The notes under the pieces: model-generated | Database searches by the model: none | Told to the model about the DNA's origin: nothing | Seen by the model: the letters and a program-made list of their open reading frames with translations, nothing else | Part shown: positions 23,801 to 36,211 of the stretch, piece after piece | How positions within the stretch are numbered: position 1 is the first letter of the stretch | Layout of the letters: every line of letters begins with the position of its first letter | Program-made: the position numbers and the translations under genes | From: Macrostomum hystrix | Taxonomy: Eukaryota > Animalia > Platyhelminthes | Assembly (NCBI GenBank): GCA_950097015.1 | Contig: CATNEN010000026.1 | Span: forward strand, 558,001 to 622,000 | DNA: 64,000 nucleotides | Direction: 5' to 3'

Positions 23801-26800
23801 ATTTAAATTGCTTCAATCAAAACATATTTTTTACGTAGCATACAAATTTGTAGAATTCGTACAAATAGCGTAGAAATTTTCAGTTGACTGCTTTTGGTGT
23901 AAGATTATTTTGTGCTGAAAAACATTGGCATATAACGGCGTACATTACATTTTATTTTATTTTCTGCCTCCGGTGTACACAGCATGATTGAGACTATGGT
24001 ATGTTAGGTCATTTGGATTAATAAAATGTAGACTATGATTGACAAATGCATGGGAAGCCCATTGTATGCCTGCCATCCATGATTTAAAATGTTCATCTCA
24101 GGCAACATGGCAACAGACTTAGCAGATTGGTTGGTTACCTTTACTATTATGTACTTGTTTGTACCTTGCTCAATTTGTTACTTCCTTCTTAGTAGTATAC
24201 TTGTAAGTGCTAAGGTTGTCTAATCATGATGCGGCTAAAAATTAAGGAAAAAACTGGTCATAGAGCTAGTTAAAAAGTTAAATTGGAATTCTTTTAGTTT
24301 ATTTTAGGCACCAAAGTTGTTAGAAGTCTGATTTAATTATAATAGGTAAAATAATTTTCTATTTCACTATACATATGTCTAATTAATTTTAATATTAAGG
24401 CTTTCTTAGAATTAGTTTATAAGAATGTAATTCATATATTTAATACAATTTGATGATATAAACTATTGGATTTCCAATCTCTTCCCTACCCCTGGTTGCC
24501 CATTAAACCCTTTAAAATTGGTTGCCTAGACACAAATATTTTTATAGCTTTTTACAAGATAACAATGAACAGAATAGCTATTCTTTAAACATTAACTCTG
24601 AGCTATGCCTATAGCACAGAGAAAGTGTTCTGTGCTATGCTCCATATTGAATACAAAGAAACTTCAATTTAAAGTCAACAAATGCAAATTAAATTTCAGC
24701 CATCTTCCAAAATACAATTCCAAAATAAGTTATAACCCTTACATCATCTAGACTATTGTCAACTAACAATAAGTGACAATAAAAATGACAATTTAATCAG
24801 TTGGAATTGAATTATCAGTAGTAACCCCATCTTTGTTCAGATTAACAATTTTTGTTTTACTTTCAATGTACTCACAGTATTTAAATTTAAACAAAATATT
24901 TGTCTGAATATAATTTGAATATTTATTATGAATGGTATTTAAATGAGGTAGATTTGACTCATTCCTACTCTTTAAGATTAACAGTCTGTATGTGTACAGT
25001 GTAATATTATAACAACACTTCTGTCACTGTCAAAGTGACTTGGACTAGTTTTAGTCACTTTGTCAACTTCCATTTTGGGCCACAAATCATGAAAATGTTT
25101 TACTAAAGAATTTAATACTACATTACATTTTTCGGTTTTCAAACACTGTTTTACTAGAAATAGAATTTATATATAAATTTTCCATTAGAGTAAAATTAAT
25201 TTATTTATTTATAAGTAAAATTTACTAATGCGATAATTTTACAACTGCTTCAAATTGAGCAGCTAAATTAACCATTTAAGATGCCCCCCAATTAACGAAT
25301 GTCACTGAATTATTTTTTCTTTGAATTAAAATTCTTAGATTCGATTATCAAAATGTTATGAACTACTAGCAGTAGCTGGTTTATTTTGAAGCATTTTTAC
25401 TTTACTCATTTTTGGTAACAACAATGTAAATATAAAAAATACAAAATGCCGTTAGTGAGCAGAAGAGACGCCTAAAGGCAGAGCAGAAGGCCCAGGAGAA
25501 GGCCACCAAGGAGGCTGCAGCGTTATCTATCTCGGCTGTCAAGAATGCCTCTGCCAAGCCAGCTGGTTCGGCCATAGATATGGACGAAATCGATCCAACT
25601 AAGTACTTCGAGCTGCGCTGCGCCGCTATTGGTGCGCTTAAAGCTAGCGGCGAGACGCCATATCCGCACAAATTCAACGTGTCCATTGCGCTGACAGATT
25701 TCATAGCCAAATACGGGCATTTGCAACCTGGCCAGGTTGATAATGCCACTGTTAGCATCGCCGGTAGGATTCACTCCAAGCGATTGCAGGTGATTAGAAT
25801 ATTTTAATTCTATTAAAAACTGTTATTAAAGTGTGATTAATTTGCGAATCTTATTTCATTTTTAATAATGATTCAAGGGATCCAAGCTAATTTTCTACGA
25901 CGTTCGCGGTGAGGGCACCAAGCTGCAGATTCTGGCTAACGCTGGCAACTACACTGGGCCAGATTTTCACAAGATCAATGAGGAACTGAAGCGCGGCGAC
26001 ATTGTCGGCGTCATTGGCCAGCCGACTAGATCGGCTAAGGGCGAATTGAGCATCCAGCCTAGTGAGATGCGACTATTGGCTCCCTGCCTGAGACAGCTGC
26101 CGCATCTGCACTACGGGCTCAAGGATAAGGAGACTAGATTCAGGCAGCGTCACCTCGACCTAATTATCAATTCGGAGGTTCGCCAACGATTCATAATGCG
26201 AGCCCGCATTATTGCCTACGTTCGCAGGTTTGTAGCTACTGTTTGCTAAAGTCTCACGCGTCTGGATTGTTTGGTTGCAGCGTATGATTCGAATTTCAAT
26301 CGTGAGATTGTTCAAATCTCAAGGGTGAGATTGTTTAAATCTCAAGGGTGAGATTGTTTAAATCTCAAGGGTGAGATTGTTCAAAACTCAAGGGTGAGAT
26401 TGTTTAAATCTCAAGGGTGAGATTGTTCAAATCTCAAGGGTGAGATTGTTTAAATCTCAAGGGTGAGATTGTTCAAAACTCAAGGGTGAGATTGTTTAAA
26501 TCTCAAGGGTGAGATTGTTTAAATCTCAAGGGTGAGATTGTTCAAATCTCAAGGGTGAGATTGTTTAAATCTCAAGGGTGAGATTGTTTAAATCTCATAG
26601 GTGAGATTGTTCAAATCTCATAGGTGAGATTATTCGAATCTCATATGCTTGACGTTGTTAATAAGAGTATAAATCTCAGGGAAATTTCTGATCTCGTACT
26701 TTAAATATATTACCACCAATAAAAAATTTTTTTTCGTAAGGGATAGTAACTATTTTTGCAATTAGCTTTTCCCGTTTCCAACCAGATTCCTTGACCAGAT

Positions 26801-28278
26801 GGGCTTCCTAGAGGTTGAAACGCCCATCATGAACGTGATTCCCGGCGGCGCCACTGCCAAGCCGTTCGTTACTCATCACAATGAACTAGGCCGCGACCTC
26901 TATCTGCGTATTGCGCCGGAGCTATTCCTCAAACAATTAGTCGTTGGCGGCTTTGATCGGGTGTACGAAATTGGTCGACAATTTCGTAACGAAGGCATCG
27001 ACATGACTCACAACCCGGAGTTTACCATGTGCGAATTCTACATGGCCTACGCTGATTATAACGATTTGATGAACATCACGGAACAGCTGCTATCTGGAAT
27101 GGTCAAGGAGCTCACTGGATCCTATAAGGTCACTTACCATCCAGAGGAGGGCGTCGAATGGGAGGTCGACTTCACTCCGCCGTTTCGTCGACTAGATCTG
27201 TACGCCGAGCTGGGCAAACGGCTGGGCGTTACCCTGCCCGCGCCAGACACTCTCGGCACTGAGGAGGCCAGGTAGCTAGCGAAATATAACTTTTCTATAG
27301 ACCCCACAGTCTGCTTTTACACCCTCTACCAATGACCCTGTAAATTTAGTCTGCTTTTACACCCTCTACCAATGACCCTGTAGTTTTAGTCTGCTTTTAC
27401 ACCCTCTACCAATGACCCTGTAAATTTAGTATGCTTTTACACCCTCTACCAATGACCCTGTAAATTTAGTATGCTTTTACACCCTCTACCAATGACCCTG
27501 TAAATTTAGTCTGCTTTTACACCATCTACCAACGACCCAGTAAATTTAGTATGCTTTTACACCCTCTACCAATGACCCTGTAATTTCACAAGAATTTTAC
27601 ACATTCCCACTGGCACTCGCGCATTACACCTCTCGTCGACCCCTAAATTTCCAGGGCTCTTTTTGACCGCCTGTGCGTCGAACGCAACGTCGACTGCCAG
27701 CCGCCGAGGAGTGTGCCCCGCCTGCTCGACAAATTGGCTGGTGATTTCCTAGAAACTGAGTGCATCAATCCTACTTTCCTCATTAATCATCCACAGGTGA
27801 ATTTCTTTCTCCATCTTTAAACTTTTTTAATACGATGACTCACCTCAATGGCCATAGCAACTAGATAGCAACCTTTAATTTGCTGCAGATCATGTCGCCC
27901 TTAGCCAAGTGGCATCGCTCTATTCCCGGCCTAACCGAACGGTTTGAGCTATTCGCCTGCCGGCGCGAGATCTGCAACGCCTACACCGAGCTGAACGATC
28001 CCATTGTGCAGCGTCAGCTATTCGAAGCCCAGGCGGCTGCTAAGGCACAAGGCGACGAAGAGGCCATGTTTGTTGACGAGACCTTCCTAGGCGCTTTGGA
28101 GATGGGTCTGCCGCCAACTGCTGGCTGGGGATTGGGTCTTGACAGGCTAACAATGTTCCTGACCGACACCAACAACATCAAGGAGGTGCTGTTCTTCCCG
28201 GCGATGAAGCCAGAGGCTAATACTGAGGGCTCTGTAGGTGCTGCTGCTGCTGCTGTTGCTGGAAATCACGAAAGTTAA
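20881..28278 (+). CDS. KARS1: Lysyl-tRNA synthetase (class II), 6 exons; 607 aa from ATG1, 578 aa from ATG2 (20968)
   Basis: Exons 20881-21002, 25456-25789, 25878-26227, 26786-27271, 27655-27796 and 27889-28278 (1824 nt, phase-consistent). The first junction reads [16 protein letters not shown]-fold GRIHSKR, motif 2 [14 protein letters not shown], motif 3 GWGLGLDRL. Confidence 0.96.
21211..21747. mobile_element. MITE, 537 bp, 21-bp perfect TIR, 8-bp TSD
   Basis: TIR CCATAGTCCGGATCATGCTGG / CCAGCATGATCCGGACTATGG; TSD TATATGGT at 21203-21210 and 21748-21755; subterminal TTACGCC repeats. Confidence 0.92.
22128..23259. mobile_element. TIR element (36-bp TIRs, 34/36 match) hosting a nested MITE
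   Basis: CCTGGACACTTCGTCATCTTACAACTTCGTCATCCA at 22128-22163 and its inverse at 23224-23259; internal CTTCGTCATC repeats; no clear TSD. Confidence 0.75.
22220..22949. mobile_element. MITE, 730 bp, 21-bp perfect TIR, 8-bp TSD
   Basis: TIR CCATAGTCAGGAAGGTGGCAG / CTGCCACCTTCCTGACTATGG; TSD GACTTGTG at 22212-22219 and 22950-22957; subterminal GGCGCAC repeats. Confidence 0.92.
26300..26640. repeat. 23-bp palindromic minisatellite (GTGAGATTGTTTAAATCTCAAGG) in KARS intron 3
   Basis: Direct periodicity; TGAGATT/AATCTCA inverted pair in each unit. Confidence 0.92.
27310..27585. repeat. 40-bp tandem repeat (~7 copies) in KARS intron 4
   Basis: CTGCTTTTAC at 27311, 27351 and onward. Confidence 0.92.
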
Positions 28279-29674
28279 CTCTACTTTAATTAGTGGATTT
28301 GGTGTGTGTGTGTTAGACGAAGTTAATTTCAGAATGTTTTTTTCTGCACCAATTATAAATTAAAAATATGAAAATTCTAAATCGATCGATATTAATTAAA
28401 ACAAGAATTGCAACCGCTCAACCTAGACCCCGTTATTGTTTGTCTTCGTTTTGCACTTATTCGCTACATGAGTTATGCACCTACACTTTTAGCACCTTAT
28501 TGTGTTTATTGTTTGTCAGTTTTTTTCATATTTTCCTCTTTCTTCCCATTATTGTCCCAGTGTTGCAGATTTATTTGCTTCGGCTGTTTGCTCATCGTGT
28601 AGTAAGTTCTCAGCTTTGTGTGTTCTCTCTTTCAGTTACCCCTCTGTGGAGTTGCTTAAAAATTATTTCCTACTTCCTAATTGGTGAATTGTTTTTTGTT
28701 CTATTTTTGAATCGGAACACGGGCAAGATACTAAATTGTTCTTTAATTGTGTGTGTTCCAGTTTTTCCAATGCTTGTGTTTTTTCTGGACTTCTGTTGCT
28801 TGATAACCCCGCTAAAAAATTGGGATGTTTCTTTGGGTGATTCCAGTTGGAATCTGCGGTGTTTCCAGAAAAAGAAACGGCCGAACGCTGGAAACATACC
28901 AATCGGATGATTCCATGCTTAGAATCTACCCAACTGGGCGTTTTCTCGGTGCTTCTTGGTGGCGAAATGGAATCACCCAAAGAATCCTCCAGTTCGGAAG
29001 ATTCCATGCTCAGAAACCGCCGAGGAATCGCCCGTAAATAATTCTCTGGTTGTCCCATAGGCCACTAGTTCGGGTAATTCTTCGGCGGTTTCCGCACAAT
29101 TTACGGTTACATCGGCTGCTTCCTGGGTGGTTTCTTTAACTCCTGTGAGATAGGGGGGATTTTGGTAGATTCCACTCCTATTTTGCACAAAAACCCGCCG
29201 AAGAAGCAGCCGAATTTTTTACAGGGATTATTGTGTTATGTACTGATTGAATATCGACTGTTATTAAATAACTTTCATAAGCTGCCTACTAATATTGAAT
29301 TTTATTTTCCCAAACTCAAACTCAGACTTTGCTTACTTATAATACGAGTTACTCTGTTAGGCAATTTCTTTCTCTTTTAACTAACAACTGACCTATATCA
29401 ATACAGCACTGTATTTAGCCAAATGAAAATTACCTATTCGATTATAAATCGAGTAGCAAGTAAATTGACAGAACTGTCAGCCCATCTGTCTTAATTATAC
29501 TTTAATTCTTCTTGGCAAACTGGAAAACAAATATAATCCGACTGACCAATCAGGTTAAACTTGATAAACTTGACAAGTTGACGTCTCGTCCTCCGCTTTC
29601 TGCTTGATTTTTTGTGAATGTTCTTTATATTTGTAGTGTATTGCTGCTATAGCGATAGTTAAAAATTTAGAACA

Positions 29675-32600
29675 CTAGTTTATCCTCTCATTCAGTCACC
29701 AGTTTATCCTCTCATTCAGTCACTAGTTTATCCTCTCATTCAGTCACCAGTTTATCCTCTCATTCAGTCACTAGTTTATCCTCTCATTCAGTCACCAGTT
29801 TATCCTCTCATTCAGTCACCAGTTTATCCTCTCATTCAGTCACTAGTTTATCCTCTCATTCAGTCACTAGTTTATCCTCTCATTCAGTCACCAGTTTATC
29901 CTCTCATTCAGTCACCAGTTTATCCTCTCATTCAGTCACTAGTTTATCCTCTCATTCAGTCACTAGTTTATCCTCTCATTCAGTCACCAGTTTATCCTCT
30001 CATTCAGTCACTAGTTTATCCTCTCATTCAGTCACTAGTTTATCCTCTCATTCAGTCACTAGTTTATCCTCTCATTCAGTCACCAGTTTATCCAGTCATT
30101 CAGTCACCAGTTTATCCTCTCATTCAGTCACTAGTTTATCCTCTCATTCAGTCACCAGTTTATCCAGTCATTCAGTCACCAGTTTATCCTCTCATTCAGT
30201 CACTAGTTTATCAACTCATTTAGTCACCAGTTTATCCTCTCATTCAGTCACTAGTTTATCCTCTCATTCAGTCACTAGTTTATCCTCTCATTCAGTCACT
30301 AGTTTATCCTCTCATTCAGTCACTAGTTTATCCTCTCATTCAGTCACTAGTTTATCCTCTCATTCAGTCACTAGTTTATCCTCTCATTCAGTCACTAGTT
30401 TATCCTCTCATTCAGTCACTAGTTTATCCTCTCATTCAGTCACTAGTTTATCCTCTCATTCAGTCACTAGTTTATCCTCTCATTCAGTCACCAGTTTATC
30501 CTCTCAGTCAGTCACCAGTTTATCCTCTCATTCAGTCACCAGTTTATCCTCTCATTCAGTCACCAGTTTATCCTCTCAGTCAGTCACCAGTTTATCCTCT
30601 CAGTCAGTCACCAGTTTATCCTCTCATTCAGTCACCAGTTTATCCTCTCAGTCAGTCACCAGTTTATCCTCTCATTCAGTCACCAGTTTATCCTCTCATT
30701 CAGTCACCAGTTTATCCTCTCAGTCAGTCAACAGTTTATCCTCTCAGTCAATCACCAGTTTATCCTCTCAGTCAGTCACCAGTTTATCCTCTCAGTCAGT
30801 CACCAGTTTATCCTCTCAGTCAGTCACCAGTTTATCCTCTCATTCAGTCACTAGTTTATCCAGTCATTCAGTCACCAGTTTATCCTCTCATTCAGTCACT
30901 AGTTTATCAACTAATTCATTCACTAGCTGATCCTCTCATTCAGTCACCAGTTTATCAACTCATTCAGTCACCAGTTTATCCTCTCAGTCAGTCACTAGTT
31001 TATCCTCTCATTCAGTCACTAGTTTATCCTCTCATTCAGTCACTAGTTTATCCTCTCATTCAGTCACTAGTTTATCCTCTCATTCAGTCACCAGTTTATC
31101 CTCTCAGTCAGTCACCAGTTTATCCTCTCATTCAGTCACCAGTTTATCCTCTCATTCAGTCACTAGTTTATCCTCTCAGTCAGTCACCAGTTTATCCTCT
31201 CAGTCAGTCACCAGTTTATCCTCTCATTCAGTCACCAGTTTATCCTCTCAGTCAGTCACCAGTTTATCCTCTCATTCAGTCACCAGTTTATCCTCTCATT
31301 CAGTCACCAGTTTATCCTCTCAGTCAGTCAACAGTTTATCCTCTCAGTCAATCACCAGTTTATCCTCTCAGTCAGTCACCAGTTTATCCTCTCAGTCAGT
31401 CACCAGTTTATCCTCTCAGTCAGTCACCAGTTTATCCTCTCATTCAGTCACTAGTTTATCCAGTCATTCAGTCACCAGTTTATCCTCTCATTCAGTCACT
31501 AGTTTATCCTCTCATTCAGTCACCAGTTTATCCTCTCATTCAGTCACCAGTTTATCCTCTCATTCAGTCACTAGTTTATCCTCTCATTCAGTCACTAGTT
31601 TATCCTCTCATTCAGTCACCAGTTTATCCTCTCATTCAGTCACCAGTTTATCCTCTCATTCAGTCACTAGTTTATCCTCTCATTCAGTCACCAGTTTATC
31701 CTCTCATTCAGTCACTAGTTTATCCTCTCATTCAGTCACCAGTTTATCCTCTCATTCAGTCACCAGTTTATCCTCTCATTCAGTCACTAGTTTATCCTCT
31801 CATTCAGTCACCAGTTTATCCAGTCATTCAGTCACCAGTTTATCCTCTCATTCAGTCACTAGTTTATCAACTCATTTAGTCACCAGTTTATCCTCTCATT
31901 CAGTCACTAGTTTATCCTCTCATTCAGTCACTAGTTTATCCTCTCATTCAGTCACTAGTTTATCCTCTCATTCAGTCACTAGTTTATCCTCTCATTCAGT
32001 CACTAGTTTATCCTCTCATTCAGTCACTAGTTTATCCTCTCATTCAGTCACTAGTTTATCCTCTCATTCAGTCACTAGTTTATCCTCTCATTCAGTCACT
32101 AGTTTATCCTCTCATTCAGTCACTAGTTTATCCTCTCATTCAGTCACCAGTTTATCCTCTCAGTCAGTCACCAGTTTATCCTCTCATTCAGTCACCAGTT
32201 TATCCTCTCATTCAGTCACCAGTTTATCCTCTCAGTCAGTCACCAGTTTATCCTCTCAGTCAGTCACCAGTTTATCCTCTCATTCAGTCACCAGTTTATC
32301 CTCTCAGTCAGTCACCAGTTTATCCTCTCATTCAGTCACCAGTTTATCCTCTCATTCAGTCACCAGTTTATCCTCTCAGTCAGTCAACAGTTTATCCTCT
32401 CAGTCAATCACCAGTTTATCCTCTCAGTCAGTCACCAGTTTATCCTCTCAGTCAGTCACCAGTTTATCCTCTCAGTCAGTCACCAGTTTATCCTCTCATT
32501 CAGTCACTAGTTTATCCAGTCATTCAGTCACCAGTTTATCCTCTCATTCAGTCACTAGTTTATCAACTAATTCATTCACTAGCTGATCCTCTCATTCAGT

Positions 32601-34863
32601 CACCAGTTTATCAACTCATTCAGTCACCAGTTTATCCTCTCAGTCAGTCACTAGTTTATCCTCTCATTCAGTCACCAGTTTATCCTCTCATTCAGTCACT
32701 AGTTTATCCTCTCAGTCAGTCACTAGTTTATCCTCTCAGTCAATCACCAGTTTATCCTCTCATTTAGTCACTAGTTTATCCTCTCAGTCAGTCACCAGTT
32801 TATCCTCTCAGTCAGTCACCAGTTTATCCTCTCAGTCAGTCACCAGTTTATCCTCTCAGTCAATCACCAGTTTATCCTCTCATTTAGTCACTAGTTTATC
32901 CTCTCAGTCAGTCACCAGTTTATCCTCTCATTCAGTCACTAGTTTATCCAGTCATTCAGTCACCAGTTTATCCTCTCATTCAGTCACCAGTTTATCAACT
33001 CATTCAGTCACCAGTTTATCCTCTCAGTCAGTCACTAGTTTATCCTCTCATTCAGTCACCAGTTTATCCTCTCAGTCAGTCACTAGTTTATACTCTCAGT
33101 CAGTCACTAGTTTATCCTCTCATTCAGTCACCAGTTTATCCTCTCAGTCAGTCACTAGTTTATCCTCTCATTCAGTCACCAGTTTATCCTCTCAGTCAGT
33201 CACTAGTTTATCCTCTCAGTCAGTCACTAGTTTATCCTCTCATTCAGTCACCAGTTTATCCTCTCAGTCAATCACTAGTTTATCCTCTCATTCAGTCACT
33301 AGTTTATCCACTCATTCAGTCACCAGTTTATCCTCTCATTTAGTCACTAGTTTATCCTCTCATTCAGTCACTAGTTTATCCTCTCATTCAGTCACTAGTT
33401 TATCCTCTCATTCAGTCACCAGTTTATCCTCTCAGTCAGTCACCAGTTTATCCTCTCATTCAGTCACCAGTTTATCCTCTCATTCAGTCACTAGTTTATC
33501 CTCTCATTCAGTCACTAGTTTATCCTCTCATTCAGTCACCAGTTTATCCTCTCAGTCAGTCACCAGTTTATCCTCTCATTCAGTCACCAGTTTATCCTCT
33601 CATTCAGTCACCAGTTTATCCTCTCAGTCAGTCACCAGTTTATCCTCTCAGTCAGTCACCAGTTTATCCTCTCATTCAGTCACCAGTTTATCCTCTCAGT
33701 CAGTCACCAGTTTATCCTCTCATTCAGTCACCAGTTTATCCTCTCATTCAGTCACCAGTTTATCCTCTCAGTCAGTCACCAGTTTATCCTCTCAGTCAAT
33801 CACCAGTTTATCCTCTCAGTCAGTCACCAGTTTATCCTCTCAGTCAGTCACCAGTTTATCCTCTCAGTCAGTCACCAGTTTATCCTCTCAGTCAATCACC
33901 AGTTTATCCTCTCAGTCAGTCACCAGTTTATCCTCTCATTTAGTCACTAGTTTATCCTCTCAGTCAGTCACCAGTTTATCCTCTCATTCAGTCACTAGTT
34001 TATCCAGTCATTCAGTCACCAGTTTATCCTCTCATTCAGTCACCAGTTTATCAACTCATTCAGTCACCAGTTTATCCTCTCAGTCAGTCACTAGTTTATC
34101 CTCTCATTCAGTCACCAGTTTATCCTCTCAGTCAGTCACTAGTTTATACTCTCAGTCAGTCACTAGTTTATCCTCTCATTCAGTCACCAGTTTATCCTCT
34201 CAGTCAGTCACTAGTTTATCCTCTCATTCAGTCACCAGTTTATCCTCTCAGTCAGTCACTAGTTTATCCTCTCAGTCAGTCACTAGTTTATCCTCTCATT
34301 CAGTCACCAGTTTATCCTCTCAGTCAATCACTAGTTTATCCTCTCATTCAGTCACTAGTTTATCCACTCATTCAGTCACCAGTTTATCCTCTCATTCAGT
34401 CACCAGTTTATCCTCTCATTCAGTCACCAGTTTATCCTCTCATTCAGTCACTAGTTTATCCTCTCATTCAGTCACTAGTTTATCCACTCATTCAGTCACC
34501 AGTTTATCCTCTCATTCAGTCACCAGTTTATCCTCTCAGTCAGTCACCAGTTTATCCTCTCATTCAGTCACTAGTTTATCCTCTCATTCAGTCACTAGTT
34601 TATCCACTTATTCAGTCACCAGTTTATCCTCTCATTCAGTCACCAGTTTATCCTCTCAGTCAGTCACCAGTTTATCCTCTCATTCAGTCACTAGTTTATC
34701 AACTAATTCATTCACTAGCTGATCCTCTCATTCAGTCACTAGTTTATCCTCTCATTCAGTCACCAGTTTATCCTCTCATTCAGTCACTAGTTTATCCTCT
34801 CATTCAGTCACCAGTTTATCCTCTCATTCAGTCACTAGTTTATCCTCTCATTCAGTCACCAGT
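29675..34863. repeat. 24-bp minisatellite (AGTTTATCCTCTCATTCAGTCAC(T/C)), ~215 copies, with higher-order duplications
   Basis: Direct periodicity; identical variant blocks recur, e.g. lines 30481/31081 and 30721/31321 (offset 600). Confidence 0.97.
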
Positions 34864-34884
34864 TTTCCCCAAATTGCAGCCGTG

Positions 34885-35813
34885 ATGGGATTCAAGTCCA
34901 GCCCGTTGATCATTGACGCTCGCGGCCACCTTCTGGGTCGCCTGGCCTCCATCGTGGCCAAGACTTTGCTGCTGGGCCAGCGCGTTGTCGTTGTCCGCTG
35001 CGAGGGCATCGTAATCTCTGGCTCCTTCTTTCGCAACAAGACCCGCTTCCACGAGTTCCTGCGCAAACGGTTGAACACCAACCCCAGCAGGGGGCCGTAC
35101 CACTTCCGCGCCCCGTCTAAGATCTTCTGGCGCACCGTGCGCGGCATGCTGCCGCACAAGCTGGCCCGCGGAGCCGAGGCTCTGGATCGTTTGAAGGTGC
35201 GCTTTTAATAGAAAGCCCTCCGGACCAATCAGAAGGTTTCTACCATCCCCATTCTGTCCAATCGGAATGGTTAAGCCCTCCTCCCCAATGAGAATGCTTC
35301 CACTCTGGCAGATAATTATTCGGCATCTACTCACCTAGCCAATTAAAGTATTCTACTCTTCTAGCCAATTAAAAGGCTTCTACCCTTCTAGCCAATCAAG
35401 AGGCTTCTACCCTTCTAGCCAATCAAGAGGCTTCTACCCTTCTAACGAATCAACCCATCCAGCTTCTCCCATCCTAGCCAATTACAGCGCATAGTTTGAT
35501 TTCTATTCCGCAGGTGTTCGAGGGAATTCCAAGCCCCTACGACAAGGCCAAGCGCCAAGTGGTGCCCTCGGCGCTCAAGTGCCTGCGTCTGAAGACCCGC
35601 CGCAAGTTCTGCGTCCTCGGCCGCCTGTCCCACGAGGTCGGCTGGAAATATCAGGGCGTCATCGGCACCCTGGAGCGCCGACGCAAGGTGAAATCGGCCC
35701 ACTTTCACAAGCGTCAGGTGCGCGATCGTCAGCTCCGCGCCAAAGCCATCGAGAAGGTGAAGGATCGCGTGGCCAAGTACCAGAAGATCATCGAGTCGTA
35801 CGGGCACAAGTGA
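34885..35813 (+). CDS. RPL13A: 60S ribosomal protein L13a (uL13)
   Basis: Exons 34885-35196 and 35514-35813. Motifs [56 protein letters not shown] at 35901 and 35910. Confidence 0.97.
35340..35480. repeat. ~27-bp degenerate repeat (TTCTACCCTTCTAGCCAATCAAGAGGC) in the RPL13A intron
   Basis: Direct inspection. Confidence 0.8.
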
Positions 35814-36211
35814 CAGCCGCAAGCCTGCGCAAATGCTGCTGTACTATGACTTTAGAGCAAGCCGGTCTCTGTGGCGACACTTTGGAAACATTGTGAAAGA
35901 AATAAATTGAATAAAGAATGGGGCTGCGTTTGTGTCCTTTTGTCTGGAGTAAAAAAAACTTTATTTGTAACAGACCTGCTGTTTATCATTTTTCTTCTTA
36001 TTTAACGATTTTGATTGTTACTTAGTTATCTAGGATTTATAAATTTAGAGTATTTACCTCAAATTAACTGGGATTTGTAAGTCAAAATAAAGAAATTGTG
36101 ATTTTATTTCTAATTTAGTCCGATTTTTGTGTTTTTTCGTATGTTACTACTTATTTGCCTATTTTCTAGTAGTACAGTTAGCACCGCCATTAACACCTTC
36201 GTTTCAGGCGC

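Noticed and set aside
24611-24638. Perfect 10-bp hairpin ATAGCACAGA/TCTGTGCTAT in KARS intron 1
   Set aside because: Isolated, with no TSD or ncRNA context.
28663-29380. Short overlapping ORFs and recurring GATTCCA words downstream of KARS
   Set aside because: No recognisable protein, and no definable repeat unit or termini.
34848-35896. Antisense and alternative-frame ORFs over RPL13A (likewise over MARK, KARS and POP7)
   Set aside because: Shadow ORFs of GC-rich coding exons.
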